Shown piece by piece: positions 13,328-25,590 of a stretch of DNA of 64,000 bases. Under the pieces are notes generated by a model. It saw only the letters and a list, made by a program, of their open reading frames with translations, made no database searches and had not been told where the DNA came from. The DNA comes from Octopus sinensis (taxonomy: Eukaryota): assembly GCF_006345805.1 (NCBI RefSeq), contig NC_043007.1, forward strand, positions 11,532,001 to 11,596,000, read 5' to 3'. The stretch's first letter is position 1; each line of letters starts with the position of its first letter. A program made the translations under genes and the position numbers.

Positions 13328-15069
13328 ATTTTCTTTCTTGGTTTGAAATCTCGGGCCAGGGTGCTAGCTAATCATATTGATCCCAGTGCTGAGATGGTAC
13401 TTATTTTGTTGACCCCGAATGAAAGGCAAAGTGTACTTTGTACTTTGTTGGCCTTGTAGTCAGGACATAAACTCAGAAGAAACATTACGAAGCATTTTAA
13501 CGAGTGAAGTAATGAATTCTACCCACTCCCCCCCATTATGTCAATAACTGTTAAGCTAATAATAAACACATGCTCTGGTTTAATATCACTTGTTTATTAT
13601 TCATCAATTGGTTGGCTATTTAACCAACTAATTAATTGATTATTTGATTACTCATTCGGTTAATCAATCAATCAATTAGCTGTGTTTATCAAGTTGCCAA
13701 ATGCAAACTCTTCAATGACGTGCCCTCTCTGCTCCGACTCTAGCTTCAGGTCAGTCTGTCAGTCTGTCTTTTAGTTCTGGGTTCAATATTGATGCTGTTG
13801 CATGGATGTGAGTGGGGTTATACACGAGGGGAGAGACAGAAAGAGAGAACGTGCATGCATCTGTGTGTGTGTGTGTGTATTGCAATTGTGCATGTGTAAG
13901 TGTATGTGTGTTAGTGTGCGTGTGTCATTGTATGTGTACGTATGTGTGTGTGTATGCATGTATGTGTCTTGTGTGTGTGTGTCAGCGTGCATTCGTATGT
14001 ATATGAGTTCTAGCATCTGTGTGTGTATGTATGTATATGTGTGTGAGTGCGATGTCATATATGTGTGCAAGTGTGTGTGTGCATGCACGTGTCTTGAGTG
14101 CATATCAGTGTGCATTCGTGTGTATATCATCCTAGCATGTATTTGTGTGTGTGTATGTATATGTATGTGAGTGCGATGTCGTGTGTGTAAGTGTGTGTGT
14201 GTGTGGTGTGTATCTGTGTGTATGTATGTGTGTGTGTGTGTGAGTGTGAATGTGAAGTCATATGTATGTGTGAGTGCACGTTCATGTGTGTGTGTGAATT
14301 CCGAAGCATGTGCATGTGTAGATATGTGAATGTATGTGATGAAGGCATGTGGCTTAGTGGTTAAGATACTTGGCTCATGAACATAAGGTCGTGTGTTCAA
14401 TTCCCAGCGGTGCATTGTGTCCTTGAGCAAGACACTTTATTCCACATTGCTCCAGTCCACTCAGCTGGCAAAAATGTGTGGTGCCCAAATTTCAAAGGGC
14501 CAGCCTTGTCACATTCTGTGTCACACTGAATCTCCCTGAGAACTACATTAAGGGTATGCATGTCTGTGGGGTACTCAGCCACTTGTATGTTAATTTCATG
14601 AGCAGGCTGTACTATTGATTGAATCAGCTGGAACATTCGTCATCGTGACTGACAGAATGACAGTTTTTATGTGCTTCTGTGCGGAAGTCTTTTTGTGTGT
14701 GTGTGTGTGTGGGGGGGGTTCTGGTGCATGTGCATGCTTGTGTGTGTGTATGTATGTGTGCATGTGTGTGTGTGTGCACGCGCGTGTGTGTGTGAGTTCT
14801 GATGTGTGTATGTGCCTGAGTTCTGGTGTGTATTTGTGCATGTGTGTCTATGCATATATGTGTATGTGCATGTGTGTGTGTATAGATATGTGTATATGTG
14901 TATGTGCATGTGTGTGTGTATAGATATGTGTATACGTGTATGTGCATGTGTGTGTATGCATATGTGTATATGTGTATGTGCATGTGTGTGTATGGATATG
15001 TGTGTGTGTGTGTGTGCATGTGTGTGTGCATATGTGTGTGTGTCTGAGTTCTGGTGGAGTGTATGTGTG

Positions 15070-15445
15070 TGCATGTGTATGTAACTGTGTATATGTGTGT
15101 GTGTGTGCATGTGTATGTAACTGTGTATATGTGTGTGTGTGTGCATGTGTATGTAACTGTGTATATGTGTGTGTGTGCATGTGTATGTAACTGTGTATAT
15201 GTGTGTGTGTGTGCGGTTATGTAACTGTGTATAGTGTGTGGTGCATGTGTATGTAACTGTGTATATGTGTGTGTGTGTGCATGTGTATGTAACTGTGTAT
15301 ATGTGTGTGTGTGTGCATGTGTATGTAACTGTGTATATGTGTGTGTGTGCATGTGTATGTAACTGTGTATATGTGTGTGTGTGCATGTGTATGTAACTGT
15401 GTATATGTGTGTGTGTGTGCATGTGTATGTAACTGTGTATATGTC
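15070..15445. repeat. Minisatellite, about 34-36 bp unit, about 11 copies
   Basis: Unit gcatgtgtatgtaactgtgtatat(gt)n; only the GT count varies. Confidence 0.85.
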
Positions 15446-15754
15446 TGTGTATGTGTGTTTAAACATGTATGAGTTCTGGTGTGTGTGCACGTCTGTGTGC
15501 ATGTGTGTATGTGTGTATGTGTATGAATCCTGATGTGTGTGTGTGTGCATGAGTTCTGGTATGTGTGTATGTGTGAATGTATGTTTGTGGATGTGTTTTA
15601 TCATCTCGATCTCGATGAACACATCATTAGGAATTAGACTGTCTCCTTGACTCTAAAAGTTTAAGTCTGAAACCTTTGAAATGAATTAAGTGATCTGAGC
15701 GTAACTAAAAACATAAGTATAATAAATACAAGAATGAATCGACAAAAATAAATA

Positions 15755-15931
15755 GGCTGTGTGGTAAGTAGCTTGCTTGCTTACGAACCATATGGTTCCG
15801 GGTTCAGTCCCACTGCGTGGCACCTTGGGCAAATGTCTACTACTATCACCTCAGGCAAATGTCTTCTACTATAGCCTCAGGCAAAGCTTTGTGAGTGGAT
15901 TTGGTAGACAGAAACTGAAAGAAGCCTGTCG

Positions 15932-15964
<33 letters not shown>

Positions 15965-16185
15965 GTGTGTGTATGTGTTTGTGTGTCTGTATTTGTCCCC
16001 CCCCCCAACATTGCTGGTGTGTTTATGTCCCCATAACTTAGCGGCTCAGCAAAAGAGACCCAATAGAATAAGTACTAAGCTTACAAAGAATAAGTCCTGG
16101 GGGCGATTTGCTCGACTAAAGGCGGTGCTCCAGCATGGCCACAGTCAAATGATTGAAACAAGTAAAAGAGTAAAAGAATAAAAAG
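15755..16185 (+). mobile_element. SINE family A
   Basis: Same head, core and tail as 7483-7901. Confidence 0.85.
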
Positions 16186-17934
16186 ACAAAAATAAGCAAA
16201 AAAAAACCCAAAAATAAATGCCTCAATCTATGTATTTGGTAAACAGGCAACACTTATTTATGTATAGATATAGATGTCAAATCTAAAGTTTAGTGAACCT
16301 AACTCACTCCCATCACCGCCATTATTATGATTGACCTGGACTTTGTTTCCTCATGACTTTCATAATTATGCATGCAGATATTATTTAATGAGAATTTTTG
16401 GTAGAAATACGTTTTCAAGCATAAATATAGATTGGTCCAGACACCACACACACACACACACATACATACACACATGCACACACAAGCACAAACACACGCA
16501 CAAACACACACGCACAAACACACACACACAAACACATACTCACATGCACACACACACACACAAATATGCACACCACACACACACACACACACAAACATGC
16601 ACACCACATGCACACACACAAACAGAGACACACACTCACACATGCACACACACACATGCACACCACACGCACACACATAAACATGCACACCACATGCACA
16701 CACACAAACAGAGACACACACTCACACATGCACACACACACATAAACATGCACACACATAAACACCCACATGCAGACATATACATACACACATACAGACA
16801 TGTGTATATATACACATTTACATGAAAAAACACTTATAGATACATACATTTACTCACATGCATACACACACACATGTGCATGCATGCATATACACACACA
16901 CTAATGCGCACACACACACACACATATTCACACAGATACATACATACACACTCATTCAGGCATACACAGACACATATACAAATGCTTATCACATACACAT
17001 ATACATACATACAAATATCACACACACATATACACATATATACACATATACATATATCACACACACACATATACATATATCACACACACATATACACACT
17101 CAAGCACATGCACACACACACACAGCCAGATACATTCCCACACACACAGCCAAATACATTCACACACTCACATACAAGCACATACATGGACCTACTCACA
17201 CACGATTACACATACACACTTTCCCTCTCTCTTTCTCTCTCTGTCTCTCTCTCTCTCAGACACATACATGCACACACACACACATACACACACAAACAGA
17301 GGCATTCGCTTGCACACACTCAAACACATACTTGCATATATATGTACCCACACACACACACACCACACACACACACAAGAAAACACATATGCATATATAC
17401 ACAGGCATGCACACAGACACACACACATACACACACAAACACATGAAAACACAGTCATGGAAACACACACACGCACACACAATCACAAGATAACTTCATT
17501 TTCTCGTAAATTTCCTTAAAAATGTATATTTTTTTCATGAGATTTCTTAGGGATACAGTTTAAAAGTGTAGATTACAAGATCAAATTTTTCAAAAAATAA
17601 GAATTTTTTTTCTTCTTATTCCAAAAGAAAAGAAGTCCATAACTTTTTAACTGTTGCGTCTTCGCTAATGATCATTATATTTTGCGAATTTTCTTTATTT
17701 CATTTTTTTCGGCCCTCAAAATTAGTAATTTCTGTTTAACAAACTAAAAAAGAAGGCTTCTACATATTTCACACCATAAGCAGTGATGCTTTGAATTAGT
17801 ATGTGTATGTGTATATGTATAGGTTGTATATATTGATAGATATATATATACATATTATATATATGAATATATATATATATTATTAAATATATATATATAT
17901 ATATATTGTATATTATATATATATAATATATAAC

Positions 17935-17979
<45 letters not shown>

Positions 17980-18139
17980 CATACATACATACGTACATAT
18001 ATATATAAATATATACAAACATACATACATAATACATACATACATACATACAGACAGACAGACAGACAGACATACATACATACATACATATATATTTTTT
18101 TCCTCTGTCTTCCCTTCTCTGGATCTTTCCTTATCCTAT

Positions 18140-18174
18140 GTTTCTGACGAAGAGCTCTGCTCGAAACGTAAAAC
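18140..18174 (+). ncRNA. Minimal type I hammerhead ribozyme motif (extra A after A9)
   Basis: gttt CTGACGA a gagc-tct-gctc GAAA cg TA aaac. Stem I 4 bp, stem II 4 bp, self-complementary ACGU stem III; predicted cleavage after 18170 (GUA). Confidence 0.75.
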
Positions 18175-18246
18175 CTTCCTTCTTGAGCATCCAATAATAC
18201 TATATTTGTTCCACGTCCTCATGTTGTTGTGTTTTCATGTTTGGAT

Positions 18247-18287
<41 letters not shown>

Positions 18288-18403
18288 TATAACTGAATAA
18301 CATATATATATGCATATATACATACATATATGTACATACTTACATCTATATGTATACATATATGCATATGTAGGCAGAGGAATGTGTACAACAAATTTTT
18401 ATG

Positions 18404-18571
18404 TGTAGAGCAATCTTCAGCTGCATAAAAATATAGAATTTAGTTAAATTTGAAGGACTCATTTGTATAATTCTGTAATTATAAGATAATAATTCTGGAT
18501 AAAATTATACAAATGAGTCCTTCAAATTTAACTAAATTCTATATTTTTATGCAGCTGAAGATTGCTCTACA
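18404..18571. repeat. Perfect 69-bp inverted repeat with 30-nt spacer
   Basis: 18404-18472 is the exact reverse complement of 18503-18571 (69/69 checked by eye). Confidence 0.95.
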
Positions 18572-18637
18572 TTTTAAATTGATGTAATGATTGCATTGTT
18601 AAATTAAATGGAGTCGCATGAAACGATCGTATTGCAT
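18549..18637 (+). ncRNA. Type I hammerhead ribozyme motif with long imperfect stem II
   Basis: atgcag CTGAAGA ttgctctacattt...aaatggagtcgcat GAAA cgatcg TA ttgcat. 6-bp stem I, palindromic CGAUCG stem III; predicted cleavage after 18631. Confidence 0.65.
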
Positions 18638-18667
18638 TACCTCTGGATATCCTTGTTGCTTATTTTG

Positions 18668-18711
<44 letters not shown>

Positions 18712-18817
18712 AAAATATATTCATGTGTGCATGTGCATGTGTGCATGTATTTGTGTGTGTGTGTGTATGTGCATGTGTTTGTACACACACATATCTATTC
18801 ATATATATGCATGCATA

Positions 18818-19049
18818 AAGGCGGTGAGCTGGCAGATACGTTAGTGCGCTGGGCGAAATGCTTAGCAGTATTTCGTCTGTCGTTACGTTCTGGGTTCAAA
18901 TTTCGCCATGGTCGACTTTGCCTTTCATCCATCGGGGTCGATAAATAAAGTACCAGTTTCGCACTGGGATCGATGTAATCAACTTAATCCCTTTGTCTGT
19001 CCTTGTTTGTCCCCTCTATGTTTAGCCCCTTGTGGGTAGTAAAGAAATA
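18818..19049 (+). mobile_element. tRNA-derived SINE family B
   Basis: aaggcggtgagctggcag head; central ggtcgactttgcctttcatcc..ggggtcgataaataaagtaccag (resembles my recollection of the Meta/MESC SINE domain); tail gccccttgtgggtagtaaagaaata. Confidence 0.85.
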
Positions 19050-19126
19050 TATATGCATGCATAAAAATGATAGAAAGAGAGATAGACACACACAGACACA
19101 CACAAACATACACACAAACACACACA

Positions 19127-19192
<66 letters not shown>

Positions 19193-19284
19193 CTACATTC
19201 TAGAGCAGTGACCTTCCTAGTATTTGATTAAAACCACACAGAACAGAAAGTTATCATCAGAATTATCATTCTTTAATAGCACAC

Positions 19285-19398
19285 TATTACTACTACTACT
19301 ACTACTACTACTACTTAATAATAATAATAACAATAATAATAATAATAACAGTAATAGTAATAGTAATAATAATAATAATAATAGTAATAATAATTGTA

Positions 19399-19434
<36 letters not shown>

Positions 19435-19469
19435 GTAGTAGTAGTAGTAGTAGCAGCAGCAGCAGTAGC

Positions 19470-19543
<74 letters not shown>

Positions 19544-19560
19544 CAGTAGTAGTATTAGTA
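19285..19560. repeat. Compound (ACT)n-(AAT)n-(AGT)n microsatellite
   Basis: Direct reading. Confidence 0.9.
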
Positions 19561-19929
19561 GTGTAGTTGATCTATAAAAATAATGCTTATTTCTGGTATT
19601 CGGGGAAGTTGTCTATGTATTATATAATAATAATGGTATGACCAACCGTTCTGAAGAATCTCCATACCGTTTAAGTATAAGGCCTACGACTACTCAGATA
19701 CAATTTAATTATTGTTGACTTTATTTTCAGAAGTATAATATATCTAAAAGATTTATGTCTTTGAAAACATATCTGAATAAATGTCATTGCTGTACACTGT
19801 TTTGTTGGTTATTGAAAATTTCCCATGAGATGTAAAACGATAAGAGATTCTGCCGTTTGTAAAATCTTGTTTTGTGTGAAGAATTACTCTGAGATATTGT
19901 ATATCTGTATAGGGAGATTGATACATAGG

Positions 19930-19967
<38 letters not shown>

Positions 19968-20054
19968 TATATACGATACATGAATACATACAGACAGATA
20001 TACATGCATAAGTACATATATATCTATATCTATATCTATATATATATATGCATG

Positions 20055-20091
<37 letters not shown>

Positions 20092-20179
20092 GTAGTATAT
20101 ATATATATATATATATGTATATAAATATATATATGTATCTATATATATATGTATATAAATATATATATGTATCTATATA

Positions 20180-20234
<55 letters not shown>

Positions 20235-20279
20235 TATAATATATATATGTATATACGTATATAATATATAATATGTATG

Positions 20280-20322
<43 letters not shown>

Positions 20323-20712
20323 CGTATTATATATTATATGTATGTATATATATATATATATATGTATGTATATATATCTATATACGTATATATCTATCTA
20401 TATATATATATACGTTCATACATATTTGTTTTACTAAAGTCTGACTGTGACTTTGAAGTACCACCAAGCAATGCTTATGGAATAGCATGTGTGTATATAC
20501 ACAGACTGATAAGGAAAGAGATAACTAGTTACATACATGAATAAATGGGGCTGGAGGGGGGAGCAAGTAAGCTGAGGGGGAGAAAGAGAGAGAGACAGAC
20601 AGACAGTTTAAATGGAATTCGAAAGGTGGCATATTTTAGCATTTAACTTCAAATTATGTGTGTGTGTATGCATGTGTGTGTAAACACACATGCAAACATA
20701 CATACATATATT

Positions 20713-20777
<65 letters not shown>

Positions 20778-20944
20778 TACACACACTCATTAACATACTA
20801 CATAAATACATACATATACATATATATATATATGTATGTTATATATAATATATATATACACACCACACACAAAAGTATATATACTATGTAAATGTATGTA
20901 TGTATATGTGTGTGTGTGAATGTATATATATGAGTCTGTGTATT

Positions 20945-21004
<60 letters not shown>

Positions 21005-21125
21005 CATACATTATATATATACACTGTGTGTATACATAAGGTGGTGCTTAAGAATGGATGCAACTAAATGACTAACAAGTAAAAGAATGAATGAATACAT
21101 ACATATATATGTATGTGTGTGTATG

Positions 21126-21156
<31 letters not shown>

Positions 21157-21389
21157 TTGTCTGTTTGTCTGTCTGTCTGTATGTATGTATGTATGTATTT
21201 CTTAATGATTGCAAATTAAAACGCTCACCAGAAATAAATATACGGTGAGGTAAAAACAGTATTAGACTTTGACAAGTGACAAATAAAAAATTTTTTTTCC
21301 TTTCACTTTGATGGCATCTCTCAGTAATTATATTTAAATATATGTGTTTATCTGTAAATGCGTGTATCTGTGTGTATATATATACATAA

Positions 21390-21602
21390 CCATGTTTCCT
21401 GGCATACAAGTCGACCATAGTATATAGTATAAACATGTTAGAGTAAATATTCAAGCATCATTTCTACCGATGCAAATCCTACTGTATTCACTTGTGAGTT
21501 TTTGGTCCTCTAAAGCCATTTTGGCTGATGTATAAGTTGACCTATCCTTTTTGCTTGTAAATTTTGGTCTGAAGAATTCGACTTGTCTTCTAGAAAATAC
21601 AT
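21390..21602. mobile_element. Decayed pogo-like MITE
   Basis: Left ccatgtttcctggcatacaagtcgac and right ttcgacttgtcttctagaaaatac are imperfect inverted repeats. Confidence 0.35.
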
Positions 21603-21711
21603 ACATACACATATATTACCATTATCAGATTGTTACCTAAAACTCCATCAAACCCCTAGTGTGAAACTGATTGGTAAGATCAGCCATAATGGATCTATAA
21701 TACTGTACACT

Positions 21712-22100
21712 CCATCATCATCATCATCATCATTGTCTAACGGCCGCTTTCCATGCTAGCATGGGTTGGACGGTTCGACCGGGGTCTGGGAAGCCAGGAG
21801 GCTGCACCAGGCTCCAGTCTGATCTGGCAGTGTTTCTACAGCTGGATGCCCTTCCTAAAGCCAACCACTCCGAGAGTGTAGTGGGTGCTTCTTACGTGCC
21901 ACCGGCATAGGGGCCAGTCAGGCGGTACTGGCAACGACCTCACTTGAATCTTTTTACACATGCCACCGGCACAGGTGCCAGTAAGGCAATGCTGTTAACG
22001 ATCATGCTCGAATGGTGCTCTTGGCACCCTACTAGCACGGGCACAAGTGCCAGTAAGGCTACTCTGGTTATGGTCACACTCGAATGGTGCCTTTTAGATA
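21712..22100 (-). mobile_element. RTE LINE 3' UTR fragment
   Basis: (CAT)n followed by the reverse complement of the 52768-53453 3' UTR. Confidence 0.75.
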
Positions 22101-22170
22101 TATGTAATATATAGTATAATTATAAACAGGGCAAATTTTAGCCATTTCTTTGCAGATTGAAAAATGATGA

Positions 22171-22219
22171 ACAACCTTGAATGATTTTCAAACCTTATTG
22201 GGTTCTCATCAGAGGTGTC
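22171..22219 (-). ncRNA. Degenerate hammerhead-like motif
   Basis: Minus strand: gacacct CTGATGA gaacc-caataa-ggttt GAAA atcatt CA aggttgtt. Core and stem II are present; U16.1 appears changed to C. Confidence 0.45.
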
Positions 22220-22983
22220 CACATCATTTTGACGATTCCCTGAGAAACAAGCAGCCAAACTGTTTACTCAACAAATGCAGCAGTTACTCTGTGAGAAAAA
22301 GTGTATGTATGCCGCTATATGAAAATATAAATCCCAAAAATGGAACAAGAATGCAACAGACAACAATAAAACATCTGGATAGGTACACAATATGAAGACG
22401 GATAGGAAAAACAACAAAAAGACAGATGGGACAAAATCAGGACAGGTCATTTATGGCTTTTACTCCTCAGTCAAGTTTCCAGATTATCCTTACAGTTTCA
22501 GCTGGTTACACTTGAGAATGTTCAAATCTGGCTGGCCTCAAAAATCTAAGCAAAGAGCATTAAATATTTTTGGGAGAAAGCAAGTGAATGTGTACAACAA
22601 CAAAGACAAAAAAAAGAAAGAAAAAAAACCGGAGAAAATGTTACTCACTTACAAATACAAACAACAAGAAAATAGCAACAGGTGTCTTTCAACTGATAGG
22701 GACAAATCAAGTTGAGCTGGAGTGAAAGCCTTGAGGCAGAAATATAGACAAACATCAGAGATGAAAGTCCGGAGACAGGAATAAGAGATGCTTTGTGTCT
22801 GGCTGTCGAGCCAAGAAAGAAAGATATATATATATCATCATCATCATCATCATCATCATTTAGCGTCCGCTTTCCATGCTAGCATGGGTTGGACGGTTCA
22901 ACTGGGGTCTGTGAAGCCAGAAGGCTGCATCAGGTCCAGTCTGATCTGGCAGTGTTTCTACGGCTGGATGCCCTTCCTAACGC

Positions 22984-24064
22984 CATAAGCTCTGTCTGAT
23001 TTTACCTTTTTTAAAATTGTATGAAATTTATTAGTATTTTAGAATGTCTAATGGAATATGAAATTATTTTTATGCATTTGTGTACATTTAAACTAATTAA
23101 ATATTATTTTACAGAATAATAGAATTAAAATTTCTTTGATTAAAACTCTTTCTAACATAAAAGTATCCAAAGAGCATTTAAGGCACATAATGCTTTATGA
23201 GTACAAAAAAGGAAACTCTGCAGCCGAAGCAACTTGAAACATGCACTCAGTTTATGGGAAAGAATGCCTGAATGAAAGAACTTGCAGAAGATGGTTTGCA
23301 AAATTCAGAAGTGGCGATTTGAAGATAAAGATCAAACAAGACGTCCAGTTGAGTTTGACAAGTTCCTTGAGGCATTACTTGAAGAAAATCCGGCATTATC
23401 AGTTGAAGAATTGGCAATAAAGCTTAGTTCAAACCATACAACTGTTCATCATCATCTTCAACAACTTGAAAAGGTTCCTAAACTTGGAAAATGGGTGCCT
23501 CATGAATTGTCCAAAAGCAACCAAAAATCCCAAGTTGACATCTGCTCTTCTCTCCATTCTTGCGAACTCATTTCACCCTTTTTGGATAGACTTGTGACTG
23601 GTGACAAAAAAGTGGATCTTCTATCATCATAAACAGTGGCTTGGTAAAAGGGAAAAAGCTCAACCACAACTGAGAAGGGAACTTCATGGGAAAAAGGTTC
23701 TCTCTATCTGGTGGGATTGCAAAAGAGTAATTCACTTTGAAATGTTACCAACTAATGCAACAATCAATGATCAAGTCTACTGTCAGCAATTAGAGTGTTT
23801 GAACCAAGCTTTGAAGAAAAAAGACCCACTTTAGAGAATCAAAAAGAAGTGATGTTTCATCAGGACAATGTGGGACCCCATTTCAGAGTTCTTTGCTTTG
23901 AAGCAAAAAGAGTTTTACATTGAGGGGATTAAAAAGCTTGTAGATAGATGGAAGGAAGTCATAGATAATCAGGGAAAGTACATTGATGATTAAATTTCAA
24001 TTAAATATATTTGATCATTTGTTTTCTTTATTCAAAATTCGGACAGAACTTATGGGATGACCTG

Positions 24065-24067
<3 letters not shown>
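22984..24067 (+). mobile_element. Second mariner relic (left TIR clipped, internal deletion)
   Basis: Right TIR cggacagaacttatgggatgacctgata; partial left TIR ccataagctctgtctga. Transposase pieces SKEHLRHIMLYEYKKG, WVPHEL, LVTGDKKW and FHQDN; segment after about 23880 deleted. Confidence 0.9.
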
Positions 24068-24096
<29 letters not shown>

Positions 24097-24142
24097 TATA
24101 TATATCTGTAAAACTAATATGTGACAGTTATTCGGTAGCCAC

Positions 24143-24203
24143 GATAAAACTCTGAGTTTTGGATGCCGAGGTGGAAATCCACGTCGCCATCTCTTCAGTT
24201 ATC
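24143..24203 (-). ncRNA. Hammerhead-like motif with G12 lost
   Basis: Minus strand: gataa CTGAAGA gatg-gcgacgtggatttccacctcgg-catc cAAAA ctc-a-gag TT ttatc. Stems I, II and III all pair, but there is no G of GAAA. Confidence 0.55.
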
Positions 24204-24624
24204 TGGCCATGGAAAAAAAATGCTATGAAAATTACCATTACACAAAGGGAAATTACTGTGTGATTGACCGTTATTAAGACAAAAGAGCTATTGAATGACC
24301 GCTAAGTGAGGGGTGGGAGTAAAAGTAAGGGGGTCAAAAAGTTCATAGTGTTCGTGTAAGCGCGTATGTCTATACCTACACATGTGCGTCTGCACACCCA
24401 CGTACATGGCAATCATATATCTGATTGTTGTTGTTGTTGTTGTTGTTTTGTATCCATTTCAGCCCTGATAGAGTAGACTTATGATCAGATATGCTCCATC
24501 TGTGGCCATCTCATCTCTTTCATTCAGACATATTGCTTTCAGGAGTATAATAACGAATGTGTCATTCTCTTTTTTTCTTAAAATTTGATAACGTCTGATT
24601 TGAAGAATACTGAACAATGTTACT

Positions 24625-24631
24625 AATGATA

Positions 24632-24671
<40 letters not shown>

Positions 24672-24892
24672 CAGTGATAATAAATCATGTTATAGAGATG
24701 ACAACAGTGATGATGATGACAGGGATGTTAATGACTACAGGAATGATGATGACAACAGGATGACAATGATGATGATGATGATGATGATAATCATGGTGGT
24801 GGCAGTCATACTAGCAATGATGATGATGGTGGTGTAAATGACAAAAGACAAAGCTGATAATGATAAATAATGATGAGAAAGGCAATGATAGT

Positions 24893-24923
<31 letters not shown>

Positions 24924-24949
24924 ATGATGACGATGATGATGATGATGAC

Positions 24950-24999
<50 letters not shown>

Positions 25000-25020
25000 C
25001 GATGATGATGATGATGATGC

Positions 25021-25064
<44 letters not shown>

Positions 25065-25113
25065 GTGGGGATGGTTGCTGTGGTGGTGGTGATGATGATG
25101 ATGATGATGATGA

Positions 25114-25176
<63 letters not shown>

Positions 25177-25265
25177 CGACGATGGTGATGATAATAATGA
25201 TGATGATGGTGTGGATGGTTACTGTGGTGGTGGTGGTGATGGTGGTGATGGACATGACAATGGCA
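24625..25265. repeat. (GAT)n/(GGT)n arrays
   Basis: Direct reading; source of the poly-His and poly-Asp ORFs. A similar array lies at 26340-26680. Confidence 0.93.
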
Positions 25266-25559
25266 ATGGTGGATATGGCAACTGATTAAGAAAAACATAG
25301 ACATTTCCATCTGTCTTCTAAATTCTTTTGCATTTTATGAAAGAGAATTGCTTTAAGTACAAGTCAGTTAGACTTGACATAGAATTTGAACCCATGACCT
25401 CTGGTGTCAGAGTAATCAGCCAATACTTCTTAATCACTAACTGACTAGATATTCAGCTCGTGTGCAATTTATTTCCTGCGGGAATTTAGACCAACTTTGA
25501 ATTAATGATTCATAAGTTTAGTAACTGCTAATAACTGATGTGCTGCTCCTACTTACGAA

Positions 25560-25590
<31 letters not shown>

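Noticed and set aside
15070-15445. CRISPR-like repeat-spacer array
   Set aside because: The spacers are just variable GT runs, not unique sequences; eukaryotic context and no cas genes.
21569-21600. CTGAAGA...GAAA hammerhead-like match
   Set aside because: No convincing stem I, II or III and no NUH; overlaps a decayed MITE end.
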